Below, piece after piece: positions 27,900 to 41,279 of a stretch of 64,000 bases of DNA. Both the position numbers and the translations under genes were made by a program. Location: the NCBI RefSeq assembly GCF_031769215.1, contig NW_026782491.1, positions 206,882-270,881 of the forward strand, in the 5' to 3' direction. The number at the start of each line of letters is the position of its first letter. The stretch's first letter is position 1. The notes below the pieces were generated by a model. The model was not told the DNA's origin. It worked only from the letters and a program-made list of their open reading frames with translations, and did no database searches. Origin of the DNA: Ylistrum balloti (Eukaryota).

Positions 27900-28860
27900 A
27901 TTCGTCTGTACATAGACAATCTATGGACCAGAACTCTAAAATTGTTCAAGATAACTTCCCAGAAAACTTCTGTACAGTTAGTTATCAAGCAAGTACTCTA
28001 GTAGTATGACAAAAAATTCACCATTAAAATCCTTTTCCATGGCTGAAAATTTACCAAATTTTCTATATCAGAACTCTGAAACTTATAAGATAACTAACTA
28101 CTCAGTACTTTGTTCAGTTATCAAGCAAGTGCTTTAGTAGTGCCTTTTGTTATGACATAGTTCTCAATTTAAAATTTACAAATTTCAGATTTTCTATACG
28201 AAAACTCTGAAACTGTTGAGATTACTACTCAATACTTTGTACCATTATCATCCTAATGCTGCAGTAGTGCCTTTTTTCTCTATTGAAATAATTGTATCTG
28301 TTATCATGGAAACAGATAGGCCAAATTACAATTTTTTCAAGACTAGAGCTCTGTAATTGTTTATAATAGCTGCTCAGTACTTTTGTAAAGTTGTCAAGCT
28401 TAGTAGTCTAGCAGTGCCTTTTGCTATGGAGAAGTTCACCACTTCAATATGTATCTGTTACCATTGAAATAGATAAGCCAAATTAATAATTAAAAACCCT
28501 TGTATGAAGCACGACTCCAAAACAATTTGAGTTAACTACCTGAAACTTTGTATGACTGTCAAGCTAACATTCTGGTAGTGCCTTCATCTTTGGAGAGCTC
28601 TCCTTACCATGGTTACCATGGACACAGGTTATACTACAAATTTTGCTGTTTCCAGAGTAAAATTTCAAACCCATTCAAGATAATGACATGAAGCTTTTTT
28701 CACTTCATTCTTTGCCAGTTTCAATGGAAATAGATAAAAAAAACTAATTGGCACCATTACCAATTTTATGGTTTCCTGAGCATTGCAACACAATTGTTTG
28801 AGAACTAGCTGAAACATTGTACAAGCTAGTGCTCTCTTGGTGCATTTTGTTACTGGAGTT
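27900..28860. repeat. ~125-bp degenerate tandem repeat, ~7 copies (gaactctgaaacttataagataactaactactcagtactttg...gtgcctttt)
   Basis: Recurrent blocks at ~125-bp spacing. Confidence 0.7.
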
Positions 28861-29217
28861 TTCATTTTCAATATTTTTCCTTTTTCTCCTTTTTTGTCTA
28901 AAAATAGCATCAGTCAGCAAACAAAAATTCCAATTTTACCTTCATATTTATATATATCCCATGATAAGTTGTATAACATTATTAGTTTGGTTATCATTTA
29001 TTTGTGAATGATTCCAAACCATACTTACAAACATCAACAGTAAAAGATGATCTACATGAACATATCAGTAACCATGGTGAAATGGACTTAATGCCTGTTA
29101 TTGTAATATTAACATGGTTGTATGATGGGGTGTCTTTCTTTTAAAAAGTGGGATGCTTGGGATGATGTCTTGCTTGCTTTATCTTATTTTTTTTCTTTTT
29201 TGTTTGCTTGTAAACTT

Positions 29218-29582
29218 CATGTTTATGTATGGACTTTGTTATGTACATATGTATTAAGAAGTTAATTTTAGATCAGTTCCCAAGAGTAGATACTCTATCA
29301 ACCCAATCTTTTATATAGTTTTGTCATAGGCTGTATAACTCAAATTGGAACATATTAAGTTATCAATGTTTTGACACAAAACATTTTGGGGATCAGAAAC
29401 ATGTTTATGTATGGACTTTGTTATGTACATATGTATTAAGAAGTTAATTTTAGATCAGTTCCCAAGAGTAGATACTCTATCAACCCAATCTTTTATATAG
29501 TTTTGTCATAGGCTGTATAACTCAAATTGGAACATATTAAGTTATCAATGTTTTGACGCAAAACATTTTGGGGATGAGAAAC
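29218..29582. repeat. 183-bp tandem duplication (2 near-identical copies)
   Basis: Sequence 29218-29400 is repeated at 29401-29582. Confidence 0.9.
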
Positions 29583-29683
29583 ATCAAATTTTAGTGGATT
29601 TTTTTAAATGGACAAGCTGAGAACTCCTTGACCTTCATGAATCTCATTAACTTTTCATCCTATCTAGTTGATTAAGTAGTAAG

Positions 29684-29880
29684 GTTGGTGGTTAGGTGAT
29701 ACAGTGGTAATACATTTGTCTTTCGTCAAGGGGATCAGGGTTCATTTCCCTGATCAGATTATGGAAATTTTTTTGGTCATCTAAATGGCGATGTGCATTT
29801 TCCCCCATTACTCCAGTTTCCTCTCACAGTAAGACTCCCCTAATACTTCCATCTAAGCCAACAAGATTCATATAAACTGT
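29684..29880 (+). mobile_element. tRNA-derived SINE copy (head ACAGTGGTAAT...GGGTTCATTTCCC; body contains CCTCTCACAGTAAGAC)
   Basis: tRNA-like A- and B-box-like sequences. The central motif CACAGTAAGAC is shared with the SINE at 56190-56352. Confidence 0.5.
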
Positions 29881-29939
29881 AAGGTTATAGGTTGTTTTGC
29901 AAACTGTGAACAGTACTTAACATCGCTATTTTTTTTAGA

Positions 29940-30300
29940 AGTGCTTGATGGATCTTTCTCAACTTTCAGATATAGATTCTCCTTGATCCCTAGGTTTGCC
30001 TTTTTGGTCTGATCATGGAAACAATGGGTTACAGATGGCCATCTTGGAATCTGACTTGTCATCATTATCTGGAGAAGGTGCAAAATTGGACCTTTCTCAA
30101 ATTTCATGTGAAGGTTCTTCTTGGTTTCAAAAGTGTCCTTTTGATTTTGGGACTGAGAAAAACCCCACAAAATAGCTGACCGATGCCTGTGTTGGACTTT
30201 GATGATGAAAGTATGTTATAGCAATTTCTTGAAGTATTGGGTGGACCTTTTTCAAATTTCACATGTAGGTTGCTATTCCCTAAGTTTGCTTTTTTATTTT
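29940..30300. repeat. ~120-bp tandem repeat, 3 diverged copies
   Basis: Repeated blocks: ggacctttctcaaatttcatgtgaaggttc..., tggatctttctcaactttcagatatag..., gtggacctttttcaaatttcacatgtaggttgc... Confidence 0.65.
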
Positions 30301-31277
30301 GGAGCTGACCAGAAGAAGAAAAAATGACAGACCAGCAACCATGTTTGCTTTGTCAGTTTAACAGATAATCTTGTTTATTTCTATAAAGAGAAAGACAATG
30401 AAATAAGAGAAAAAAAGGTAAAAGATCCTACTTTCAAAGGACAAAGAAAAAGCAATCAATATTTGGCACCCTCAGCTTAGATATTTTTTTTAATGAAAGT
30501 CGGGACAATGAAACGTAAGCTTATATGGGACTTTTTTTAAATAACTTTGTTCACATTTTGAAAATGAGACATCATGTGAAGGAACCTTGATTTACATGGA
30601 GTTATCATTGATGCAACGTAAATATTTGCATTCCCTTCTAGTACACCTGGTCTTTGTTTTGTTGATGGTATATCTAAAAAAAAAATCTTGTTTTTTCTTG
30701 TTTTATTGGTTTTAATTTAAATGATGATTTTGTCTGTTTTCCACTATTTTCACATAATTTTCACAATTTTTCAAACATTAGGAAATGACCCTATATCATT
30801 AACACTCTAAAAAGACCTGAACCAACCTGAACACAAACCAGTTGAATGATTGCATTTCATCTTGATTTTACCATTAGTATTCTTGTCAATCATGCTGTGT
30901 AAAAGAGTACCATCACATTTGAAAATAGTTTTCTTGGAAACACTGAGACAGGAGAAAGATTGACTAAAGTGTTCATTAAACATGTGAAACCCTGGCCAAG
31001 TGCCTTTTGCATGAGCTTGTAAGCATGGTAATTCTTCTGAAATATTGTGTTGAAAATGTGTAAACAATATGTCAAAAAGCACAATACAGACGATGGAATT
31101 ATTCCAGTCATTAATAAATATACAAGGGATTACTAAAACAGGATTACAACAAATATAAACATTTTGGATTTTTTGTAAGAGATTTCTTAAGATTTTAGAA
31201 TGAAGCTGATTACAGTGTCTATTTTTGAACAAAAAATCACATCAAGTAAATTTTGTTTTATTTGCAGAGGTTGTGAA

Positions 31278-34200
31278 ATGGATACATCTGGCTTTCCTGC
31301 GATAGCTAGTCAGTCTGCGAGTCAAGTTACAAATGTGGATTTAAAGCAGGACGAAATTGATGGATCACCTGCACCAGTTGTAACAGATGGAGCTTTGAAA
31401 AGTACTGTAGGAGGCAATGACTCCTCTTCACAGCAAACAGAAATTGGGGTGTTTGAGGTTCCATTGGTTCCTGCAGCAACACAGCAGGAAATCAGTCAGA
31501 TAGGAAATCCAGATGTTTCTGTTATAACTAAACCAAATGAAAGCATAATGATATCTGAACCTAGAAGCATATCAGAGGCTGATGAAGGAGAATCTGACCT
31601 TATCATTGACCTTGAAGAAGAACATCTGTTGGCAGGTGATGATGGCAATGCAGAGAAGGCAGAGGAGGAAGGTAGGCAAGATGAAGATGAAAAACAGTCA
31701 GCTGAAAGTGGCAATACAAATAATGATAATACTGAAGGCAGAGCATTGATGGAAAAAATGGATACAGATGAAAATGTTCCTGGGATGGGGGAAAGTCGGA
31801 CATCAAAATCTGAACCAATCCTTGAAGTAGCTAGTAAAGACATTGGCTTGGATTATTTCGATAGAATTGAAAATAGCTTGCGTGAATTGGAGAAGCAGAT
31901 GTCAAGTTCTAGCAATCCAGAAACATCTGAACAGTTAGCAGATCCAGAAGGTACAATAATCAAAACTGTGAATCTTCCAGTGCAAAATGGATTGGACAAG
32001 GCAAAGGAAACAAGCACTACTCAAACCGCTTCAGTTCAAAATGTCTCTAGTTTGGAAAAAGGAAAAGAACAGGAAAATAAAAAAGAAACAATTGGCATAG
32101 TAGAAACAATAGCAAAGGAAAAGGATGATATTGTAGTTTCTGGTGGAAATATCGATAAAGATGTTGACTCAAAAATACCAACAAATAACGTTGATAATTT
32201 GGAAAAATCGACAAGCGGCAAAGCTGAAAGTGTGGTAAAAGATACTGTAAGATTGCCTACAGCAGATGCGAATGATATGTGGTCAAAGATGGGAATGATG
32301 CGATGTGCCAACTGCTCCTTTACAACCGACCAGGAATCTATGTTTAATTCTCACACGGTCATATGCAACAAACGTAAAGTGGTGAAAGGAGAAATTAATT
32401 TCAAATACAAGGCAGACCGCTATGGATGTGAAGCATGTCTTTATACAACAAAGAGTGTACGGAACTTTGAGGAACATGTAGCATTCCATTTACTTGCTCA
32501 GCCTTATATCTGTTTAAAATGTGTTGCAACATTTGAGAGTAAAGCTTCAATTGAAAATCATGTTAGCACCAAACATTGTGATGAAGATGTAAAATGTGGG
32601 TTAAGAGGATCCAAAAAGATTAGTCATATAATTGCAATGCTGCACAAAGAATCTAAGTTCTCATTTCTTGGTAGAATGTTGGACAAGAAGATCTGGAACA
32701 TGTCTGTGTCCACTTCAGCAAAAGATCAAACACACAGCCATCCAGTACATATTCACAATACTGCTGTTCCAAAGAAAATTGATCGACCATCCATAATCCA
32801 GAAAAAAGACTTCATGAAAACCAGCTCTTTAAAGCGAGACCCCCTCGTACTGGAACCATTACAGAAGACAGAGAAAATTGTTTCAGAGAAGGTGCCTGCT
32901 GTTAAAGTAGTTAAAATTCCATGTGGTTCTAAGGCAATGCCCACCAAGCCATTAACAGAGAAAATAAATTCCGAAATGGTTTCTGCTTCTAAAGTAGTTA
33001 CACTTCCATGTGGTCCAAAGACGTCCAAGACATGTACCACCAATTCTTCCCTACCAATATCATCTACTACAAGTTCTGCAGGAGGCATTAATGTTTCTTC
33101 ATTCATCCTTGTCCCAGTGACTGTGAGTACGAAGCCTCCTGCTCCCGTTGTCCAACCAACGAAACCGTCCGGAATGGTTTCTATATTAGGTACCTACGAC
33201 CCATCCTTCAGTAGACCCCAACAGCAAATGATTGTCATGAACAACACTAACGTGGTTCGCCCGGTAGCTACCACAAAACAGTTTTTGGTAATGCCACCTG
33301 CAAAAAGTGCATCAACCTCTCAGGTGGTTCGTCCTCAAAGTATTGTGATTGAAAATCAAAATCTCCACTCCAATCTAATTCAAGCACAGACAACAGTGCA
33401 ACCAAAACGGATTTTGCCTTCTCCACAACAACCCATCGTTTCTGGAACAGTTTCCCCCCAGTTGCACTCCTCCACATTGAATTCTTCTTCGACGAACCAA
33501 TGTATATCCATCCAGTACAATGATTCGGGAAAAGCCAACGGATCACATAGCGAAACCCCTAAACAACAGACGAATATTGATGAAAAAATAGGTAATACTG
33601 TAATTGACTTGACGCAAGGGAGTTCACAAACAAGCTGTCGGATTTCTTTTCGCAAGATTGGATCATCTTTTGTGTGCAACTTTTGTAAAATCAGTGTGGA
33701 AAAAGAAGATGGTTTTAGTCGACATATCTGGAAACATTTTCACACTCTGCAGCCAATCTGTAAAGAATGTTCCTCTGACAACACTGTTGATGATTTCGGA
33801 AAGTGTGCACTGGTCCTTCAAATCCTAAAGGGATTGGCTGCCAGTGATGATAGTGAGAAGGAAAAAGTAAATGTGATTGAAGTCGTTTCTGATGAGGAAG
33901 ACTCTGGTGAGGGTCAACAAATAACAAATAGCACAGACGGGCATACAAAAGAGACTGTTACGCATGAAAACACTACTACTAATGAGGAAGACAGTGGTAT
34001 GCAAATAAAAATAGCATCAACATACAGTCTTAGCGATTCATTGAAAACACAATCAGACGATGGTCTAGAGAAGGACTCAGAACCATCTGTTTCATCAGAG
34101 GAAGTCATAGAAGAGGGAAATTCACCGCCGACCTCGAAAAAGAAAGACTCTGGAAACATTTTTGAAAAAATACAAGGATCTATGAATACTGTTATTAATG

Positions 34201-37200
34201 AAACATATAATAGCGGTGCTAACAAAAAAGACGACCTAGCTTCTAACCAGAGAAGTGAAGATATTTCTCATGAAAATTCGAATGAAAATCGCAGAAAACC
34301 ACCATCGGTTACGCCAAGATCGGGTAGACCAACAGAAGAACAAAGTGCTGAAGACGTTACATTGTCATCAAAAGTGAGTAAAGAAACTACTGTGGCTGAA
34401 GACGTTATCAAGGAAAAAGCCCAAGGAGGTGCGCCGAAATTTTCTTGTAATGGAAGTTTCTATGTATGTGGCTTTAGTAATTGCCGCTTTGCTTGTATTA
34501 CATCTGGTGAATACAGGGAACATTTAATGTGTTGGCACTCTGATGCTGAAGAATATAAATGTGCACATTGCGGACATCGAAGTCTAACGGAAGATTGTCA
34601 TTTGCGGCATATGCTTACTCACTCCAAAGCATCTTCATTTATTCTGTACACTTGCAGTTATCCAGCTTGCCTGTATGGGACCAATGTAGTGGATTTGTTT
34701 CGGGATCACTGGAAAAAGTTTCACCCAAATACAAAGCAGTATAAATGCCGATCATGTAAAATGCTGTTTCCTTCTGCTGAAGACCTCATCGCTCACATAC
34801 AAGCAAACATACTGAAATTCGTCACTTGTCCTCATTGTACAGCAAAAGACAGTAACAGGAAGACTATAATTGCACATATCATTGAAGCACACCCAGGGAA
34901 ACCTCGACAAATTACTGTTGCAAGTCAACTTGTTTGTCAAGAGAGAGACAATAACGAATTTGCAGTGCCTGTTCCAGGGATTCCGGATAAACCAGCAGAG
35001 GTTCAACCATGGCCATCTGTGTACATGGACACTGCAAATGATGATGAAGATGCATATGTTGATTCTCCAGAACAAAATAACTCGTGTGATGAAACAGAGG
35101 CAGATGATGAACAACCCGATCACATTGCTCAACAGACGGAATTGTCCAAAGCCAAAGGTTCTCTCACGAAAATTGCTGCTGAAGGTGACATGCGGGATGC
35201 TGTGAAAGTAATGGCACTGAACAAATCAAAGTTGAAATCATTAAGTGCTGAGATAATTCGTTGTTCGGAGTGCTCCTATCTCGCGTCTGGAAGAGGACTA
35301 TTACGAAAGCATTTGTATCTACATAAAAGGGGCAAAGATGAACGTAAACGGCGTTTCTCTTGTCCCTGCTGTCCTGCTGCCATGGACAAACTTAGCAAGC
35401 TCTCATGTCACATGAACTTACACGAGGGACAGCATAAGGTGAAGGTTTACTTCTGCACCTTATGCTGTTTCAAAACAAATGTCACAGAATTTCTGAGTAC
35501 ACACATGAACAAATCACACAACTGTGAGATATCCAAGGGAGTTAACTTCATTACTAAAGTTTTGAAAGTGTCAGTCTCAGCTTTCTTCTGCGATAAATGT
35601 TTATTTGGAACTCGGGATCAAGAAGTATTCAGACAACACGAGCTTGGACACAATGACGATGAAGACAATGTGATATCAGGAGCAATCAGTGAGGGGCCAT
35701 CATATCATTTACAATCTACTTCAAATTCCGTGCCGAAACCGCCAACAAAGAAATCACCAGCTGCTAGAAATACATATAGTGACCCAGTTAATGAGGAAGA
35801 CTTGGCTTCAGTAAATCCCGGTTCGAGAAAGAGATTTTGCTGTAAGCTTTGTGGGAAATATTGTTCACGTCTACCTGCACTTAAAGCGCATATGTCATCG
35901 CACGTACTTGATGAGGATTTAGAGGTCATGGTATTCAAATGCCATTATTGTGCATATTCATCGTCATACAAAGCTTTTGTAAGCAGGCATTGTGAAGATA
36001 AGCATCCCGGCAAAATTATCCGCGTGAAACGTAGATTAGACGTCATATCCGCTGTAGGCGAATACTTTCCACCACATGGAAAGGAATGGCCAGACTCTCC
36101 GGACGAAATAGACGATCCTGAAGATATCGACGTTTCTGACATGTCCATTTATTCCCATCATTGTGATATTTGTTCATACAGTTGTGGTGATTCTGCCGAG
36201 TTACTTCGTCACAAGAACTCTCAACATTCTAGCCAGGGAACCCTAAAAACTTTTGTTGTTCCAAGTGGAAACGTCTTCAGATCGCCAGTAGAATGTACAG
36301 AGTGCTCTTTTAATACTACAAGGAGAATAGAATTACTTAAACACTTGAGGACCCATCCTAATTTGTGTCCCACATATGAGGCATTCCGAAAGTCGCCACC
36401 CAGGGACCAAAGAGAATTGCTGAAGGTTGCTATTGGCAAGAAAACCACCACATCATATTTTCATGAAGCATATTCAAGCTCACCATCACCAGACACAGAT
36501 AATGGACACACATCTAGTCTTCAAATGGAGGACAAAAAGCCTATATTAGCAGAGGATGGCAGCCTTATTCAAGATGATGTGCAGAGACCTGTAGCGAAAA
36601 CACCATTATATTTCCTTGGGGGTGATCTACTTCATTTGAAGTTGAGACCGTGCTTCATTCAAGAGGAGTCCAATTCTGAATTCACTTGTAAACTTTGTCA
36701 AGACACATTTTCTGGTCGATATGTCCTGCACAAGCATATACTTCAACACATGGATGTTTCGTTTTACAAATGCGCATACTGTAGTCATGGTACCCTGGAA
36801 TCCCCATCGATGGTTGTGCACATACAAAAGATTCATAGGAAACCTATACAACATGTGCAGATGGATGTTACGGATCTAGAAAGTAAAATTAACAAGGCAA
36901 TTCACAGCATTAAGGAGGAAGAGTACTTCATAAAAATGCAAGATAGCGATAGTGTGAACTCCCAAACTGACGGAAAAGACGTCGATAGTGGAGATGACTT
37001 GCAGTCCTCTGAAAACCAGTTCCGTTCACCATTTAAGGCAAAGGTACCTCCTTTAACTATCAAAACATCGCCATCATATGATATTGTAAGAAAGAAATCA
37101 GCTTCGACAGCCAAAAAGTCAACAACAAGCAAACCAAAGACTGGTAATATTAATAAACCATTGCAGAAGTCACCCGTGTACAAACCACCAGTAGAAGACA

Positions 37201-39586
37201 ATCCAAACATACAGAGAATGGGGGATATTTATAAGTGCAAAATATGTAGTTATACTAGTACATCACGGGCTACGGTGTTTAATCACTTAACAATTCATTC
37301 AGGGTTCCGAAGGTTTGGATGTCCTTTTTGTCCTTACCGCTCACACTGGAGGCACGATTGTTTAAAACATATCCGAACGCATCATCCTGGGAAACAAGGT
37401 CAGCCAACCGCGGAAGACCCTCCTGAGGATTTTGATAATAACTTAACCCTCAAACCGGATAAAAGTTCAGGGAGCCAGTCAGTACCGAAAGTACCAAAGT
37501 TGCTGCCTCAGCCAAAACAGTCTTCTGTAACACCTGAAAGTCAAGAAAGTCAACCATCAGCTGAGAGAGAAGCGGAAACGGACGCTACCAGTACTCCCGA
37601 GTATAGACACGTCTTTAAATGTCTTGTCTGCGATACAAAATTCAAAAGCATATGGTCTATACAAAAACATTTTTCAAAGACATGTTCTCAACCGATGTTA
37701 GGTTGCTCCACATGTAAATTTAAAGATCTGGAGCCAGGCAATGTAAAGATTCACATTGAAACAAAACATCCAGGTTGTGGATCTTCAAGGATTGTTACTT
37801 TGAAAAGGGAAGCCAAAATGAGGAAGTATACTATTCCTACATTTAAGAAACAGGACTCTAAAGAAAGTGTTGAAAGTGCATGTGAGGATAGTGTAAAATC
37901 AGAAGGCACAGATAACCAGCAAGCTGCTCCACGCCCAATCAGTCCAACATCTACCGACCAAAGTCGGTATTCACAGCTGACGTTACCAACATCAAGTAGC
38001 ACCAACCTGTCGATTTTGATAAAGCGAATAGGAAACCGTTACATGTGCAAGGAATGTGGATTCAGTAATCCAATTAAGCGTGCTCTAATGCGGCATGTTA
38101 AGAAACACAGTAATGCTCGCCCATTTGGTTGTTCTTATTGCGATTATCGTTCAAACAACGAATGCAACACGAAAAGACATATGCGTAGAAGACATGGTGG
38201 GAAGCTAGTCATTGTTAAAAGACTAGATCCCTCCCAATGGTACTCGCCGATTTCAAATGACCTGAAATATAACCGGAAAACTTTCGCTGCACAGGCAACA
38301 CAACTGGTAAAAACACCCAGCCCTTCTGTTGATGGAGAAGAGAATGTTTCTGAAGAGGATGAAAATTCTGAAAATTCTTCGAATATGAAGGCACGCGTGG
38401 AAATTAGATACTTCTGGAAATGTCTGGAATGTGGAAACAAAAGTAATTCTGTTTCTAATGCGTATAGACACCTGAAAAAGGGAACTTGTACGAAAACTCT
38501 TTATGGATGTTCTGGATGTAAATTGAAAAATACTGACAGAAAAGCAGTTGAATTTCACCTTACTGAAAAACATCTTAATAAAAATGTTCAAATTACAATT
38601 TGCCCAAACACAGCCAAGATCCGAAAGTACCATATTCCAATCAAAGTGGGAGGCTTTGTCAAAAAGCCAGAGGAGAGTATTTCAATGCTTGATGAAGGTA
38701 GTAATAACACGACTAGTGTTGCCAGCATTGCTCCTACTGTTTCTAAAGAGTCTAAAGAGAATGAAGAGCTTCCTAGACAGAGTGGCGAAAAGTCTCAAGT
38801 GGTGTTTTGTTCAGTTTGTAATTTGAAAGCTTCCAATGCAAGAATATTTCAAAGTCATATGGAATCAGAGCATACAGGAATGCTCATGGTTTGCAAACAC
38901 TGCACCATCTTCAGAACCTTATTTGTATCGAAAATACAGCAACATACATGGGATAGCCATCCAGACATGCCATTGAAGTTTTACTTAAGAACGAAGAAAG
39001 GCATACCAGATGAAGAGAAGAGACCATCAGAAAGATACACATGTGCTAAATGTGACTATATAGGCAAGCGGTCGTCTGTTCGACAACATCTGTACTGTCA
39101 TTTTGAGTACAAGCCCTACAAATGTGGCTACTGTGGATACCAAACTAAGAAAAACGACGGAGTTAGGCGTCATATTGAGAAACAGCATATCGGAAAACCA
39201 ATGAAGATTTTATTTAAGAGAAATGCTGCCCAGGAACAGGAGATTGAGATGTTACTGGATTCAAATTCACCTGTAAAACTCTCGTACCAAAAGTCTCATG
39301 CGGCCAGATTGGCAAAAGAAAGTTTATCACCTATAAAGCCAAGCCCGACGTCAGTAATAAAAAAGAATTTCCCAACTTTAGCGAACATGAGAAATGACCT
39401 TACACAGGATTACATACCGAGCAAGATGTACAAACCTTTCTTCAACACCAAAGCTGGGAAGCCCGGATTCTCTTGTCTGCTTTGTCCTTACAATACTTTC
39501 ATGCAGAATACGATGATTTCACATGTATATCATCACATGGAATCTATCTATAGATGCCCTTACTGCTCCACCCATGGCTATCCAAG
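31278..39586 (+). CDS. Giant first coding exon of a multi-C2H2/C2HC zinc-finger protein (acidic ~370-aa N-terminus, then >25 fingers, many in pairs ending H-x4-H-P-G-K)
   Basis: A 2796-codon ORF sits at 31200-39590. A 3' splice acceptor (ttttgttttatttgcag|AG) lies at 31266-31267, followed by a Kozak-context ATG at 31278. Numerous C-x2-C-x12-H-x3-5-H motifs are present. The exon ends at CCAAG|GTAAAT (donor GT at 39587), giving phase 2. Confidence 0.85.
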
Positions 39587-39871
39587 GTAAATTATCATTG
39601 AAGACAATATACATTTCCATATTAGATGTGATGTAATTGCGATAAAGGTTAGAGAAAACAGTATTCATATGTATATTCAGAGGTTTTATAGCTTAAACGT
39701 TTTGAACAAGTGAACTTATTTAAGTCCATGAGGGGTATACAATTTCACTAATACTGTCTATGTCATCAGTAGTTTCAATTCCGCTGATGATTACTTTCAC
39801 TGAGAAGATTACATATACTAACTGTTGTATCAGACATGGGTAATTGCTCCTACTTATGTATGTTATTACAG

Positions 39872-40083
39872 GAGTAGAGTGACGACACACATCAGAAAAC
39901 ATCATCCAGGCAAACCTGTGTACGTGATTGACGAGAGACAAAACAACGGAGAGTCCAGTAATGCGATAGTCGCATCCACAGTGACTTCAGCAGATTCGTC
40001 AGAACCACCAGAAAAACGTATGAAGATTGATAATTCGAGTGACGGCGATATTGAGGACGAGTCATATGCAGAAAGCACTACAG
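39872..40083 (+). CDS. Zinc-finger gene coding exon 2 (completes a C2H2 finger: ...CPYCSTHGYPR|SRVTTHIRKHHPGKP; then an acidic/Ser-rich linker)
   Basis: Acceptor tgttattacag at 39861-39871. The frame is continuous with exon 1 (AG+G = Arg). It ends at ACAG|GTATGT, donor at 40084, phase 1. Confidence 0.7.
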
Positions 40084-41279
40084 GTATGTGGTAGGTTTTT
40101 TCTTAGGTTATTCAGGCTGTAACTTTATCTTAAAAAAAAACGTTGATGGTTTATACAATCCAGATTATGTAACTTTGGATTGGAAATGGTTGAACGTAGG
40201 ATTGGTTGCGTAGGTCGGAAAAGAGGTTCGACGACGAAATATTCAGCATGTACAGTAAATACACATTAATTGGTCAGTCGATACTAACGTATTTCCGATT
40301 GTTTTAGGAAAATCTGTATGAAACAACATTTTATACGGTCTTTCGAAAAAAAGTATGGTATCCGGCACGACTGAATATTGTGTGCATTCCAAAAAAGTGG
40401 TTTTGCGCCTTTATCCTTTGTGTTTCAACATCCGGTATCGGTACATCATTTCAAATCGAGTAATTCCGTGCCACTCTAGCCGTTTCAACCTGGTTACACG
40501 AAAGCAGTTTTTTATCAGTTGTGTATGTTGTCACTAATGACACCGTCCTTTTTTCACTGACACGTCTTTGAGTTTCATTCGTGTAGAAAAAAACAATAAT
40601 ATCAATTTTATTCAGCGTTTTTATTTTTCTTTCATCAGCGGTTGACAGGATTGCACATGACTGTCTTGTCATCTTGTATTTCAAACTGGCGCTTAATAGT
40701 TCACATATACTGATAATTTCAAAATGTTAAAAAAACAGTTTACTTAGTTGTTGGCTTACATAGATGTCTTTATTTCTGCCATTAATGTAATATTTATTCG
40801 AATATAGGTAGGGTTTTTAATATAAACATATACTACATTTTCATATGAAATAATTTCGAAAATTTATTTAAGAATTGTAGGAGTAGTGCACTTCTCAATC
40901 TGGATTTTGGCAGTTTTTGCGATCAATTTGTATTTTCCTTAGTCGTAAGTTTTAAGATTTAGGCCCTTAATATAACTACCGAGCCCTAAAAGTACGAAAC
41001 AGAAGTAAGACACAGTTTGATTCATTATTGGCTCTGCCTTATCAGAATTCAAAATTTGTATTGAAAGGTGCTTTTCACTTGTGGATCCTTTGTACAAAAT
41101 CTTGAGAAAAGTTGTAAAGTTGAGAAAACATTAATGTTTTGACTGTAATATATATGAAATATTTAAATCAAAACCTGAAAGAAAATGACATTTGTCACTA
41201 AGACACAAAAAAGGCGACACTATTTTGGCGACGACGATAATTCTGTATACTTTTTAAAATCTTTTTGCTTGTTTTACAG

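Noticed and set aside
31200-31277. N-terminal 26 codons of ORF 31200-39590 (MKLITVSIFEQKITSSKFCFICRGCE)
   Set aside because: They overlap a canonical polypyrimidine-AG acceptor ending at 31267. The Kozak ATG at 31278 is the more plausible start, so this is most likely intron sequence read in frame.
31496-38633. Antisense ORFs (60-126 aa) inside the zinc-finger exon
   Set aside because: They are short and low-complexity, of the length expected by chance opposite a long GC-balanced coding exon.
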